Source of the DNA: Centroscyllium fabricii
Taxonomy: Eukaryota
DNA: 64,000 nucleotides
Direction: 5' to 3'
NCBI GenBank assembly: GCA_051313645.2
Contig: JBNRSN020000018.1
Coordinates: forward strand, 122,450,001 to 122,514,000
The notes under the pieces were generated by a model, which did no database searches, was not told the DNA's origin, and saw nothing but the letters and a program-made list of their open reading frames with translations. This document shows, in pieces, positions 49,901 to 63,998 of the stretch; positions within the stretch are counted from its first letter, which is position 1, and each line of letters starts with the position of its first letter. Position numbers and translations under genes: made by a program.

Positions 49901-52099
49901 TAAATCTGCTGCCTGTATATCAGCTGCCTGCATATCCTCTGTCTGTATATATGCTGCCTGTATATCAGTGGCCGGTATATCAGCAGCCTGTATATCCACT
50001 GTCTGTATATCCACTGCCTGTAGATCCATGGCCTGTATATCTGTTGTCTGTGTATCTGCTGCCTGTATATCCACTGCTTGTATATCCGTGGTCTGTATAT
50101 CTGCTACCTATATATCCGTGGCCTGTTAATTGGCGGCCTATATATCTGCAGTCTGTATATCTACTGCCTGTTAATCCATGGTCTGTATATCTACTATCTG
50201 TATATCTGCTATCTGTATATCCGCTGCCAGTACATCTGCTGCCTGAATATCCACGGCCTGTATATCCACCGCCTGTATATGCGCTGCTTTTGTATCCGCT
50301 GCCTGTATATCTACTGCCTGTGTATCTGCTGCCTGTATATCTGCTGACTGTGTATCCATAGCCTGTGTATCCACGGCCTGTATATCTGCTGCCTGTATAT
50401 ATGTTGCCTGTTTATCAGCGGCCTGGATATCTGTGGCCTGTATAGGCACTGCCTGTATATCCACGGTCTGTATATCTACTATCTGTATATCCACTATCTG
50501 TATATCTGCTGCCAGTATATCTGCTGCCTGAATATCCACGGCCTGTATGTCCACTTCCTGTATATGTGCTGCTTTTCCATCCACTGCCTGTATATCTACT
50601 GCCTGTGTATTTGCTGCCTGTATATCCGCTGACTGTGTATCCACAGCCTGTATATCCACTGCCTGTATATCCGCTGCCTGTATATCCACTGCCTGTGAAT
50701 CCATTGCCTGCACATCCGCTGCCTGTATATCAACTTCCTGTATGTCTGCAGCCTGTGTATCCATGGCCCATATATCTGCAGCCTGTACATCCTCAGCCTG
50801 TATATCAGCGGTCTGTTTATCTGCTGCCTATATATCTGCTGCCTGCATATCCACTGCCTGTATATATGCTGCCTATATATTGGTGGCATGTATAGCAGCT
50901 GCCTGTATATCTGCTGCCTGTAAGTCCATGGCCTGCATATATGTTGCCTGTGTATCTGCTGCCTGTATATCTGCTGCTTGTATATCCACTTCCTGTATAT
51001 CTGTGGCCTGTATATCTACTGCCTGTGTATCTGCTGCCTGTATATCCACTGCCTGTATATCCATTGCCTGTATATCCACTGCCTGCACATCCACTTCCTG
51101 TATGTCTGCAGCCTGTATATCTGTGGTCTGTATACCTGCTGCCTGTATATCTGCTGCCTGCATATCCACTGCCTGAATATCAGCTGCCTGTATATTTGCT
51201 GCCTGTATATCGGCTGCCAGTAAATCAATGGCCTGCATATCTGTTGCCTGTGTATCCACTGCCTGTATATCTGCTGCCTGTATATCCACTGCTTGTATAT
51301 CCACTTCCTGTATATCTACGGACTCTATATCCGCTGCCTGTATACGCACTGCATGTGTATCTACTGCCTGTATATCCACTGACTGTATATCCACAGCCTC
51401 TGTATCCACGGCCTGTATATCCACTGCCTGTGTATCCACTGCCTGTGTATCCACTGCCTGTGTATCCACTGCCTGTGTATCCACTGCCTGTATATCCACT
51501 GAATGTGTATCCATGGCCTGCGTATCCGCGGCCATTATATCCGCTGCCCGTATATCCATTGCCTGTATATCCGCTGCCTGTATATCTGCTGCCTGTGTAT
51601 CCATTGCCTGCATATCCACTGCCTGTGTATCTGCTGCCTTTATATCCACAGCCTCTGTACCTGTGGCCTCTGTATCTGCTGCATGTATATCGACAGTCTG
51701 TATATCCACTGCCTGTATATCCACTGCCTGTATATGTGCTACCTGTATATTGGTGGCCTGTATATCAGCTGCCTGTATATTTGCTGCCTGTCTATCCACT
51801 GCCTGTAAATCCATGGCCTGCATATATGTTGCCTGTGTATCCACTACCTGTATATCTGCTGCTTGTATATCCACTTCCTGTATATCTGCAGCCTGTATAT
51901 CCACTGCCTCTATAACTACTGCCTGTGTATCTGCTGCCTGTGTATCTGCTGACTTTGTATCCACAGCCTGTGTATCCACAGCCTGTATATCTGCTGCCTG
52001 TACATCCATGCCCTGTATATCCACTGCCTGTATATCCACTGCCTGTGTATCCATTGCCTGTATATCCGCTGCCTGCATATCCACTTCCTGTATGTCTGC

Positions 52100-55000
52100 A
52101 GCCTGTATATCTGCAGCCTGTATATCTGTGGTCTGTATATCTGTGGTCTGTATATCTGCTGCCTGTATATCTGCTGCCTGCATATCCACTGCCTGTATAT
52201 ATGCTGCCTGAATATTGGTGGCCTGTATATCAGCTGCCTGTATATTTGCTGCCTGTATATCGGCTGCCTGTAAATCCATGGCATGCATGTCTGTTGCCTG
52301 TATATCCGCTGCTTGTATATCCACTTCCTGTATATCTGCAGCCTCTATATCTGCTGCCTGTATATGCACTGCCTGTGTATCTACGGCCTGTATATCCACT
52401 GCCTTTATATCCACAACATCTGTATCCACCATTTGTATATCCGCTACCTGTATATCCGCTACCTGTATATCTGCAGCCTGTGTATCCACGGCCTGTGTAT
52501 CTGCAGCCTGTATATCCGCTGCCTGTATATCCACTGCCTATATATCCACAGCCTGTGTATACATGGCCTGTGAATCCATGGCCTGTATATCCGCTGCCTG
52601 TGTATCCGCTGCCTGTGTATCCATGTCCTGTATATCCATGGCCTGTATATCCATGGCCTGTATATCCAAGGCCTGTATATCCACTGCCTTTATATCCACA
52701 ACCTCTGTATCCACCTTCTGTATATCTTCTGCCTGTGAATCCACTGCCTGTGTATCCAGTGCTTGTATATCCACTGCCTGGATATCCACAGCCTGTGTAT
52801 CCACTGCTGCCTGTATATCCGCTGCCTGTGCATCCAGTATATCCGATGCCTATATATGCACTGCATGTGTATCTACTGCCCGTATATCCACTGACTGTAT
52901 ATCCACAGCCTCTGTATCTGCGGCCTGTGTAACCAATGCCTGTATATCTGCTGAATGTGTAGCCATAGCCTGTGTATCCATGGCCAGTATATCCGCTGCC
53001 CGTATATCCATTGCCTGTATATCTGCTGCCTGTATATCTGCTGCCTGTGTATCCATTGCCTGCATATCCGCTGCCTGTGTATCTGCTGCCTTTATATCCA
53101 CAGCCTCTGTATCTGTGGCCTCTGTATCTGCTGCCTGTATATCTACAGTCTGTATATCCGCTGCCTGTATATCTGTTGCTTGCGTATCTGCTGGCTGTAT
53201 ATCTGCTGCTTGTGTGTCTGTTGCCTGTGTATCTGTTGCCTGTGTATCTGCTGCCTTTATATCCACAACCACTGTATCCACTATCTGTCCGCTGCCTGTA
53301 TATCAGCTGCCTGTATATCCACTGCTTGTATATCCACTTCCTGTATATCTGCAGCCTATATATCCACTGCCTGTATATGAACTGCATGTCTATCTGCTGC
53401 CTGTATATCCACTGACTGTGTATCCATGGCCTGCATATCTGCAGCTTGTATATCCACTGCCTGTGTATCTACTGCCTGTATATCCACTACCTGTGTATCC
53501 GCTGCCTATGTATCCACTGCCTGTATATCCACTTCCTGTATATCTGCAGCCCGTGTATCGACAACCTGTATATCTGCAGTCTGTTTATCCGCTGCCTGTA
53601 TATCCACTGCCTGCATATCCGCTGCCTGTATAAATGCTGCCTGTATATTTGCAACCTGTATATCGGCTGCCTGTATATCCACTGCCTGTATATCCACAGC
53701 CTGTATATTCGCTGCCTGTATATCCACTGCCTATATATATGCTGCCTGTGTATCCAGTGCTTGTATATCCACTGCCTGTATGTCCGCTGCCTGTGTATCC
53801 ATGTCCTGTATATCCATGGCCTGTATATCCATAGCCTGTATATCCAAGGCCTGTATATCCACGGCCTGTATATCCACTGCCTTTATATCCACAACCTCTG
53901 TATCCACCTTCTGTATATCTTCTGCCTGTGAATCCACTGCCTGTGTATCCAGTGCTTGTATATCCACTGCCTGGATATCCACAGCCTGTGTATCCACTGC
54001 TGCCTGTATATCCGCTGCCTGTGCATCCAGTATATCCGATGCCTGTATATGCACTGCATGTGTATCTACTGCCCGTATATCCACTGACTGTATATCCACA
54101 GCCTCTGTATCTGCGGCCTGTGTAACCAATGCCTGTATATCTGCTGAATGTGTAGCCATAGCCTGTGTATCCATGGCCAGTATATCCGCTGCCCGTATAT
54201 CCATTGCCTGTATATCTGCTGCCTGTATATCTGCTGCCTGTGTATCCATTGCCTGCATATCCGCTGCCTGTGTATCTGCTGCCTTTATATCCACAGCCTC
54301 TGTATCTGTGGCCTCTGTATCTGCTGCCTGTATATCTACAGTCTGTATATCCGCTGCCTGTATATCTGTTGCTTGCGTATCTGCTGGCTGTATATCCGCT
54401 GCTTGTGTGTCTGTTGCCTGTGTATCTGTTGCCTGTGTATCTGCTGCCTTTATATCCACAACCACTGTATCCACTATCTGTCCGCTGCCTGTATATCAGC
54501 TGCCTGTATATCCACTGCTTGTATATCCACTTCCTGTATATCTGCAGCCTATATATCCACTGCCTGTATATGAACTGCATGTCTATCTGCTGCCTGTATA
54601 TCCGCTGCCTGCATATCCACTTCCTGTATGTCTGCAGCCTGTATATCTGCAGCCTGTATATCTGTGGTCTGTATATCTGTGGTCTGTATATCTGCTGCCT
54701 GTATATCTGCTGCCTGCATATCCACTGCCTGTATATATGCTGCCTGAATATTGGTGGCCTGTATATCAGCTGCCTGTATATTTGCTGCCTGTATATCGGC
54801 TGCCTGTAAATCCATGGCATGCATGTCTGTTGCCTGTATATCCGCTGCTTGTATATCCACTTCCTGTATATCTGCAGCCTCTATATCTGCTGCCTGTATA
54901 TGCACTGCCTGTGTATCTACGGCCTGTATATCCACTGCCTTTATATCCACAACATCTGTATCCACCATTTGTATATCCGCTACCTGTATATCCGCTACCT

Positions 55001-57500
55001 GTATATCTGCAGCCTGTGTATCCACGGCCTGTGTATCTGCAGCCTGTATATCCGCTGCCTGTATATCCACTGCCTATATATCCACAGCCTGTGTATACAT
55101 GGCCTGTGAATCCATGGCCTGTATATCCGCTGCCTGTGTATCCGCTGCCTGTGTATCCATGTCCTGTATATCCATGGCCTGTATATCCATGGCCTGTATA
55201 TCCAAGGCCTGTATATCCACGGCCTGTATATCCACTGCCTTTATATCCACAACCTCTGTATCCACCTTCTGTATATCTTCTGCCTGTGAATCCACTGCCT
55301 GTGTATCCAGTGCTTGTATATCCACTGCCTGGATATCCACAGCCTGTGTATCCACTGCTGCCTGTATATCCGCTGCCTGTGCATCCAGTATATCCGATGC
55401 CTATATATGCACTGCATGTGTATCTACTGCCCGTATATCCACTGACTGTATATCCACAGCCTCTGTATCTGCGGCCTGTGTAACCAATGCCTGTATATCT
55501 GCTGAATGTGTAGCCATAGCCTGTGTATCCATGGCCAGTATATCCGCTGCCCGTATATCCATTGCCTGTATATCTGCTGCCTGTATATCTGCTGCCTGTG
55601 TATCCATTGCCTGCATATCCGCTGCCTGTGTATCTGCTGCCTTTATATCCACAGCCTCTGTATCTGTGGCCTCTGTATCTGCTGCCTGTATATCTACAGT
55701 CTGTATATCCGCTGCCTGTATATCTGTTGCTTGCGTATCTGCTGGCTGTATATCTGCTGCTTGTGTGTCTGTTGCCTGTGTATCTGTTGCCTGTGTATCT
55801 GCTGCCTTTATATCCACAACCACTGTATCCACTATCTGTCCGCTGCCTGTATATCAGCTGCCTGTATATCCACTGCTTGTATATCCACTTCCTGTATATC
55901 TGCAGCCTATATATCCACTGCCTGTATATGAACTGCATGTCTATCTGCTGCCTGTATATCCACTGACTGTGTATCCATGGCCTGCATATCTGCAGCTTGT
56001 ATATCCACTGCCTGTGTATCTACTGCCTGTATATCCACTACCTGTGTATCCGCTGCCTATGTATCCACTGCCTGTATATCCACTTCCTGTATATCTGCAG
56101 CCCGTGTATCGACAACCTGTATATCTGCAGTCTGTTTATCCGCTGCCTGTATATCCACTGCCTGCATATCCGCTGCCTGTATAAATGCTGCCTGTATATT
56201 TGCAACCTGTATATCGGCTGCCTGTATATCCACTGCCTGTATATCCACAGCCTGTATATTCGCTGCCTGTATATCCACTGCCTATATATATGCTGCCTGT
56301 GTATCCAGTGCTTGTATATCCACTGCCTGTATGTCCGCTGCCTGTGTATCCATGTCCTGTATATCCATGGCCTGTATATCCATAGCCTGTATATCCAAGG
56401 CCTGTATATCCACGGCCTGTATATCCACTGCCTTTATATCCACAACCTCTGTATCCACCTTCTGTATATCTTCTGCCTGTGAATCCACTGCCTGTGTATC
56501 CAGTGCTTGTATATCCACTGCCTGGATATCCACAGCCTGTGTATCCACTGCTGCCTGTATATCCGCTGCCTGTGCATCCAGTATATCCGATGCCTGTATA
56601 TGCACTGCATGTGTATCTACTGCCCGTATATCCACTGACTGTATATCCACAGCCTCTGTATCTGCGGCCTGTGTAACCAATGCCTGTATATCTGCTGAAT
56701 GTGTAGCCATAGCCTGTGTATCCATGGCCAGTATATCCGCTGCCCGTATATCCATTGCCTGTATATCTGCTGCCTGTATATCTGCTGCCTGTGTATCCAT
56801 TGCCTGCATATCCGCTGCCTGTGTATCTGCTGCCTTTATATCCACAGCCTCTGTATCTGTGGCCTCTGTATCTGCTGCCTGTATATCTACAGTCTGTATA
56901 TCCGCTGCCTGTATATCTGTTGCTTGCGTATCTGCTGGCTGTATATCCGCTGCTTGTGTGTCTGTTGCCTGTGTATCTGTTGCCTGTGTATCTGCTGCCT
57001 TTATATCCACAACCACTGTATCCACTATCTGTCCGCTGCCTGTATATCAGCTGCCTGTATATCCACTGCTTGTATATCCACTTCCTGTATATCTGCAGCC
57101 TATATATCCACTGCCTGTATATGAACTGCATGTCTATCTGCTGCCTGTATATCCACTGACTGTGTATCCATGGCCTGCATATCTGCAGCTTGTATATCCA
57201 CTGCCTGTGTATCTACTGCCTGTATATCCACTACCTGTGTATCCGCTGCCTATGTATCCACTGCCTGTATATCCACTTCCTGTATATCTGCAGCCCGTGT
57301 ATCGACAACCTGTATATCTGCAGTCTGTTTATCCGCTGCCTGTATATCCACTGCCTGCATATCCGCTGCCTGTATAAATGCTGCCTGTATATTTGCAGCC
57401 TGTATATCGGCTGCCTGTATATCCACTGCCTGTATATCCACAGCCTGTATATTCACTGCCTGTATATCCACTGCCTATATATATGCTGCCTGTGTATCCA
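52100..57500. repeat. Near-identical higher-order repeats of the satellite (1193-bp and 2551-bp periods)
   Basis: The same diagnostic ORF starts at 52955, 54148, 55506 and 56699; another starts at 53426, 55977 and 57170. Confidence 0.92.
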
Positions 57501-59297
57501 GTGCTTGTATATCCACTGCCTGTATGTCCGCTGCCTGTGTATCCATGGCATGTATATCCAAAGCCTGTATATCCACGGCCTGTATATCCACTGCCTTTAT
57601 ATCCACAATCTCTATAGCCACCATCTGTATATCTGCTGCCTGTGTATCCACTGCCTGTGTATCCAGTGCTTGTATATCCACTTCCTGTATATCCACAGCC
57701 TGTGTATCCACTGCTGCCTGTATATCCGCTGCCTGTGCATCCAGTGCTTGTATATCCGCGGCCTGTATATCGGCAGCCTGTATATCCGCAGCCTGTATAT
57801 CTGTGGTCTGTATATCTGCTGCCTGTATATCTACTGCCTGCATATCCACTGCCTGTATATATGCTGCCTGTATATCAGCGGCCAGTATATCCACTGCCTG
57901 TATATCTGCTTTCTGTATATTGGCTGCCTATATATCCTCGGCCTGTGTATACACGGCCTGTGAACCTGTGGCCTGTATATCAGCTGCCTGTGTATCCATG
58001 GCCTGTATATCCATGGCCTATATATCCATGGCCTGTACATCTGCTTCCTGTTGATCTATGGCCTGAATGCCAGCTGCCTGTATAACTGCTGCCTGTATAT
58101 ATGTGGCATGTATATCTGTGGCCTGTATATCTGTTGCCTGTATATCTTCGGCCTGTATATCCTCGGCCTGTATATCTGCGGTCTTTATATCCACTACCTG
58201 CATATCCACTGCCTGTATGTCCACTGCCTGTATATCCACGGCCTGTACATCCACAGCCTGTATATCCATGGCCTGTATATCCATTGCATGTAAATCCGCG
58301 GCCAGTATATACGCAGCCTGTAACTCCGCTGCCTCCATATCCGCTGCCTGTATATCCACTATCTCTATATCCACTGCCTGTATATCTGCAGCCTGTATAG
58401 ATGCTGCCTGCATATTCTCGGCCTGTTTATCCATGGACTGCATATCTGTTGCCTGTATATCCATGGCCTGTATATCCGCGGCCTGCATATCCGCTGCCTG
58501 TATATCTGCAGCCTGTGTATCTGCCTGTATATCCTCAGCCTGTTTATCCATGGACTGCATATCTGTTACCTGTATAGCTGCTGCCTGTATATCCACTGCC
58601 TATATATCCCTGGCCTGTATGTCTGCAGCCTTTATATCTGAGGCCTGTGTATCCACGGCCTGTGTATCCTCTGCCTGGATATCCACTGCCTGTATACCTG
58701 CTGTCTGTGTATCCACTGCCTCTATATTCTTAGCCTGTATATCCGCAGCCTGTATATCCATTGCCTGTATATCTGCGGCCTGTATATCTGCAGCCCATAT
58801 ATCCTCTGCCTGTATATCCGTGGCCTGTATATCCGCAGCCTGTATATCTGTTGCCTGTATGTCCACGGCCTGTATATATGCTGCCTGTATATCTGCTGCC
58901 TGTATATGTGCTGTCTGTATATCTGCTGCCTGTATATCCGCTGCCTGTGTTTCCGTGGCCTGTATATCCGCGGCCTGTATATTCACTGCCTATATATCCG
59001 TTGCCTGTATGTCCACAGCCTGTATATCCGCTGCCTGTATATCTGCTGCCTCTATATGTGCTGCCTGTATATCCACTGCCTGCATATTCACTGCCTATAT
59101 ATCCACTGCTCTTATACCCGTGGCCTGTTATCTATTGATATCGGGACATAGTTAAAAAATAACCTTCTGTGTGCATGGTCATGAGAGATTGACTAGTTTT
59201 CTCTCACCTTCTTTCATTCCCTGCACTATCTTGGATATTGTAACCTCAACTGCTTCACGAGAGTTTATACCGGCCTTGAAATTATACCATGAGGTGC

Positions 59298-59580
59298 TAG
59301 GGTGTAAACGGTCATCTGACAATTCTCTGCCATTTTAGCGGAGGCGTGAACCAATTTGAAATAAATATATTGGCGATAGGGGAAGGCTGTTTGGCTGAGA
59401 GTCAAGAATCATCCAATTGGATAACACCGAGTCTGTTGGCTTTCCAATTGGCCGTGTAAGGGCAGGACACCTCGGTGATGGGCATATCGGGTGACCAATG
59501 GCAGTAAGGAGCGTGGGGGCGGTTGGCGGTGGGAGGTCATGTGATGAAACATCCTGCAATATGCCTACGTTACAACCCTA
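59298..59580. mobile_element. MITE related to 4986-5571
   Basis: TAGGGTG...CAACCCTA ends and the shared GGGAGGTCATGTGATGAAAC motif. Confidence 0.55.
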
Positions 59581-60784
59581 GCTATAGATGCATAAATATT
59601 GAATGGATTCCAGGGACTTTATAAGTCACCGGGCACTGATGGTCCTCACTTCAGAATTCAGAGTGAGCTTAGCGATGAAAAAGCAAAGCTAATAATCATG
59701 CACTTTTCAAAAATTCTCTGGAAACTGAAATTGAATTCCCGTTCCTCTGGGGGTTTGCCAGACTCCTACCGTAACTCCGGATGAACCTACCAGAAGACAG
59801 CAGGGACCCAATTGTGCTGGATCTCCATTTCTGGGATTTTCTTCCCACCCCTTATATATACGGGGGTGAGAGGGGGAGCGGGGTGGTGAGGCGGTAGTCC
59901 TGGGAGTGGAGACTCCCTACATGCTGAGTTACCATTTCCACAGCATCTGACATAGGACTGGGAGCCAGTATACTTGAAAGAGATAAGGCATATTGGTCTC
60001 CAGGTGGGAGCAAGTAGGCCCCACCAAGGAGGTGGGTGCTCCAGGCCATGGAAGCAACCTGGTGCCACAAAGACTGGCACTCAATGGGGCTGGGGGAGAT
60101 TGCAAGTGGTCGCTGGATTTTGTGGTTACAGGGGCTGAGCACGTGTCAGAGATGTACCCCTATTGACGTAGATGCCAGGCAGCCCCATGTAAATTAAGTG
60201 ACCTCTCGTTGATCCCACCGATTCAACAGTCCCGCTGCAACCTTCCGCCATCACATCCCACAAATCTTCGGGTGTTTATTTATCCACTGGACATGCCTAC
60301 AGTAAAAGAACTATGAGGAACAAACTAGGAGCTTCCATATGCACAGCAAGATCAATGCGTTTTACCCAGACTGGAGGATTGCACTCGGGTTCCGAACTGA
60401 TTTATGTTAGTTAATGCTGTGCGCAATTCATTGTCAATTATAGCCCCAAAAATGGCCAACGTTAGCAAAACATGTTTGCCATTGCAACTAATATTGACTG
60501 AATGGCTCACCTATAGCCCACATGGCCTTTATAAAAGCAACACTGATAAACTCTTAGTGAATCATTATCTCACGTAAACAGTGCCAGATTAAGTGGAATG
60601 TACCTCAGTGACCCATGACAATTCTTGCATCAGTAAGAAAGGCTCATCTCACACACATACACACACACAAGGTCTTCCACAAGTTAAAGAATGCTTGGTG
60701 CTGCTTATTCCATGGAATGGAAATATTGGTATCATTACACGAACTTTGGAAACTGTGCTGAGATTATTCTGGTACGATAGCAAA

Positions 60785-60890
60785 ATACAAATGCTGGAAA
60801 TCCAAAATAACAACAGAAAATGCTGGAAAAACTCAGCTTTTCAGGCAACATCCGTGAAGAGAGAAATAGAGTCAATGTTTCAGGTCGAGA
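60785..60890 (-). mobile_element. Probable Penelope-like element 3' fragment
   Basis: aaatgctggaaa...acagaaaatgctggaaaaactcagc...gagagaaatagagtcaatgtttcaggtcg resembles common elasmobranch PLE termini (recalled, not searched). Confidence 0.45.
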
Positions 60891-61099
60891 TTATTTTACT
60901 TGGGTTATTATCGTTTTGGACTCCCTCTTGTGTAAAATGTTGTTTTGGGGCAACCAACCAATCAACCCCACATCATTTGCACTCCATCGAGAGTAAGCGG
61001 TGGTCCGTAACACGGACTGTTCTGCTTCCTTCTCATTCCACTTCCACAACACAACCCCCCCCACCCCCCACCCCCCAGTTTCTTGGAGCCAATCACACT

Positions 61100-63707
61100 G
61101 ACTCATGACACTGCAACAGCACTCAAGAAGCACAACACCATCCAGGCCATAGCAGTCCACTTGATCGGCAGCCCATCCACCGGAAGCATTCACTCCCTCC
61201 ACCACCAGCGCACTGTGGCTGCAGTGTGTACCATCTACAGGCTGCACTAGAAGGAACTCTACCACCTAGAAGGACAAGGGCAGCAGGTGCAAGGGAGTGC
61301 CACCATCTCCAAGTTTCCTTTCGACTCACATAACGTCCTGGCTTGGACACATATCGGCCGTTCCTTCATTGTCGTTGGGCCAAAATCCTGGAACTCCCTA
61401 CCAAAGAGCACTGTGGGAGTATCGTTTCTGGGGGGACTGGCGGTGGATAAACAATGGCAAGCATTTAAAGACAGAATGGCAGAATTGCAGAAATTGTTTA
61501 TACCAATCTGGCATAAAAAGAAATCTAAAAAGGTGACTCAACCGTGGATAACAGGGGAAATTAGGGACAGCATAAAATCCAAAGAAAGAGCATATAAAAT
61601 AGCCAAAAAAAGCACCAGACCTGAAGATTGGGAACAGTTTAGGATACAACAAAGGAGGGCAAAGGGATTAATCAGGAGGGGAAAAATAGCGTACGAAAGT
61701 AAGCTGGCGGCAAACATAAAAACTAACTCCAAAAGCTTTTACAAGTATATTAAGAGGAAAAGACTGGTGAAATCCAAAGTCGGTCCATTACGGTCAGATT
61801 CTGGGGAATATATAATGGGAAATAAGGAAATGGCAGACCAATTAAATGCTTATTTTGGGTCTGTCTTCACAAAGGAAGACACAAAAAACCTCCCTGAGAT
61901 ATCGGGAACCATAGGGACAATTGCAAGGGAGGAACTGACAAAAATCAATATCTCTAAGGATATGGTGTTGGGGAAGCTAAAGGGACTAAAGGCTGACAAA
62001 TCCCCAGGGCCTGATAACATGCATCCTAGGGTACTCAAGGAGGTGGCCCTAGAGATAGCAGAGGCGTTAAGGATAATTTTCCAGAATTCGATAGACTCGG
62101 GAACAGTGCCCATGGATTGGAGGGTAGCTAACGTTACCCCACTGTTTAAAAAGGGGGGTAGGGAGAAAGCGGGTAATTACAGACCTGTAAGCCTTACATC
62201 GGTGGTGGGCAAAATGTTGGAGTCCATCATTAAGGATGTAATAGCAGAGCACTTGGCAAATGGGGACAGGATAGGACAGAGTCAACATGGATTTACAAAA
62301 GGTAAATCGTGCTTGACGAATCTGTTGGAATTCTTTGAGGAAGTAACTGGTAAAATAGATGGGGGAGAGCCAGTAGATGTGGTGTACCTGGACTTCCAAA
62401 AAGCCTTCGATAAGGTCCCACATAAAAGATTAGCATGTAAAATCAAGGCGCATGGGATAAGGGGAAAAGTATTGACGTGGATAGAGAACTGGCTGGCAGA
62501 TAGAAAACAGAGAGTTGGAATAAACGGCTCATTTTCTGAATGGCAGGCAATAACAAGTGGGGTACCTCAGGGATCTGTTCTGGGTCCCCAGCTGTTCACA
62601 ATTTATATTAATGACCTAGATCAGGGAATCGGATGCAGCATCTCCAAATTCGCAGACGACACTAAACTAGGAGGGGGGGTAGGCTCAGAGGAGGGGATCA
62701 GGAAGCTCCAGAGCGATTTGGACAAATTGGGGGACTGGGCAGATACATGGCAAATGCACTATAATGTGGATAAGTGTGAAGTTATCCACCTTGGGGGCAA
62801 AAACGGGAGGGCAAATTATTATTTAAATGGCAATAGATTGGGAGATGGGGAAGTACAGCGAGACCTGGGTGTTCTTGTGCACCAGTCATTGAAGGCGAGC
62901 ATGCAGGTGCAACAGGCGGTCAGGAAGGCAAATGGTATGCTGGCCTTCATATCAAAAGGGTTAGAATACAGGAACAAGGACACCTTACTACAGCTGTACA
63001 GGGCACTGGTGAGACCACACCTCGAGTACTGTGTGCAGTTTTGGTCGCCTCATCTGAGGAAGGATGTTCTTGCCATGGAAGGAGTGCAGCGGCGATTCAC
63101 CAGGCTGATACCAGGAATGGCAGGAATGACCTATGAGGAGAGACTATGTAGTTTGGGGATGTACACACTGGAGTTTAGAAGATTGAGAGGGGATCTCATA
63201 GAAACATATAAAATTCTGACAGGCCTGGACAGACTAGATGCAGAAGGAATGTTTCCGATGGCAGGAGAGTATAGAACTAGGGGACACAGTTTAAGGATAA
63301 GGGCTAAACCATTTAGGACAGAGATGAGGAGGAATTTCTTCACCCAGAGAGTGGTGAACCTGTGGAACTCACTGCCACAGAGGGCAGTGGACGCCAGCTC
63401 ATTAAACATATTTAAGAGGGAATTAGATATATTTCTGCAGGCAAAAGGGGTTAAAGGTTACGGAGAGAAGGCAGGGACGGGATACTGAACTGAAGGATCA
63501 GCCATGATCTCATTGAATGGCGGAGCAGGCTCGAAGGGCCGAATGGCCTACTCCTGCTCCTATCATCTATGTATCTATGTATCTTTACCTCACGGGCTGC
63601 AGCGGTTCAAGAAGGCGGCTCACCACCACCTTCTCAAGGGCAACTAGGGATGGGCAATAAATGCTGACCTTGCCAGCGACGCCCACATCCAGAGAATGAA
63701 TAAAAAA
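61100..63707 (+). mobile_element. Older CR1-clade LINE 3' end (about 61100-61423 plus 63584-63707), split by a younger CR1
   Basis: GPKSWNSLP..TVG continues after the insert into ...GLQRFKKAAHHHLLKGN*, then AATAAA and an A-rich tail. Confidence 0.75.
61424..63583 (+). mobile_element. Young 5'-truncated CR1 (HER1-like) LINE with an uninterrupted RT frame to 63488
   Basis: KSPGPD, NYRPVSLTS, QHGF, DFQKAFDKVPH, PQGSVLGP and FADD. There is no endonuclease domain; the tail is (TATGTATC)n. Confidence 0.95.
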
Positions 63708-63719
63708 TGTTGGAGTACA

Positions 63720-63998
63720 AGTGTTGCTGCCCTCTGATAGCTTGTCCAAGTGGCTATTCTTGTGTGAGATTCATGGGTGAGCCTTTTGATCACAATTGCA
63801 CTCAATTCTGTCTTCACCCGGGAACCATGGCTGACCTCCTCTCCTCTGCACTCCTTCCATGAGTCCTGAGGTCAATTGTAGTGCCCCCAAAATGCCATCT
63901 CCACTGAGATCAGCAAACCCAGCAAAACCCAGGGATTGAACCTGGATCTTTCCGATCTGTACGGTTCACTTATGCACTGCCTTTACCCACTGAATCAC
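63720..63998 (-). mobile_element. Probable degenerate tRNA-derived SINE
   Basis: Minus-strand A-box-like GTGATTCAGTGGGTAAAG and B-box GGTTCAATCCC. Confidence 0.5.

Larger units (their letters stand above)
21712..59127. repeat. 15-bp satellite, consensus CCTGTATATC(C/T)(G/A)(C/T)(T/G/A)(G/A), roughly 2200 monomers, with four TE insertions
   Basis: 15-bp periodicity is visible throughout in a single orientation. About 33.4 kb remains after subtracting the insertions. Confidence 0.98.

Noticed and set aside
21712-59127. CRISPR-like constant repeat with variable spacer
   Set aside because: The variable part is only 5 nt, drawn from a few related alleles. The context is eukaryotic and no cas genes are present.
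21712-59155. Hundreds of long ORFs made of pentapeptide repeats (ACISA, PVYPL, CLYIH, ADIQA, GYTGS, WIYRQ); ADIQA resembles A(D/N)LXX pentapeptide-repeat proteins
   Set aside because: A 15-bp unit with no stop in any of the six consensus frames gives open frames automatically. Frequent non-triplet indels, TE insertions and CpG-type variation show no coding constraint.
59600-60270. Degenerate CR1 scrap (KSPGTDG) followed by a possible old MITE
   Set aside because: No clear terminal repeats or target duplication could be defined.
59900-60620. Possible upstream AMDHD1 exon (CCTACATGCTGAG near 59916; donor-like site near 60601)
   Set aside because: The first is on the wrong strand and the second does not translate to the expected LLPTTAY motif.
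61287-63488. 733-aa ORF as a full-length LINE ORF2
   Set aside because: The first ~45 codons come from the older LINE it inserted into, and the endonuclease domain is absent.
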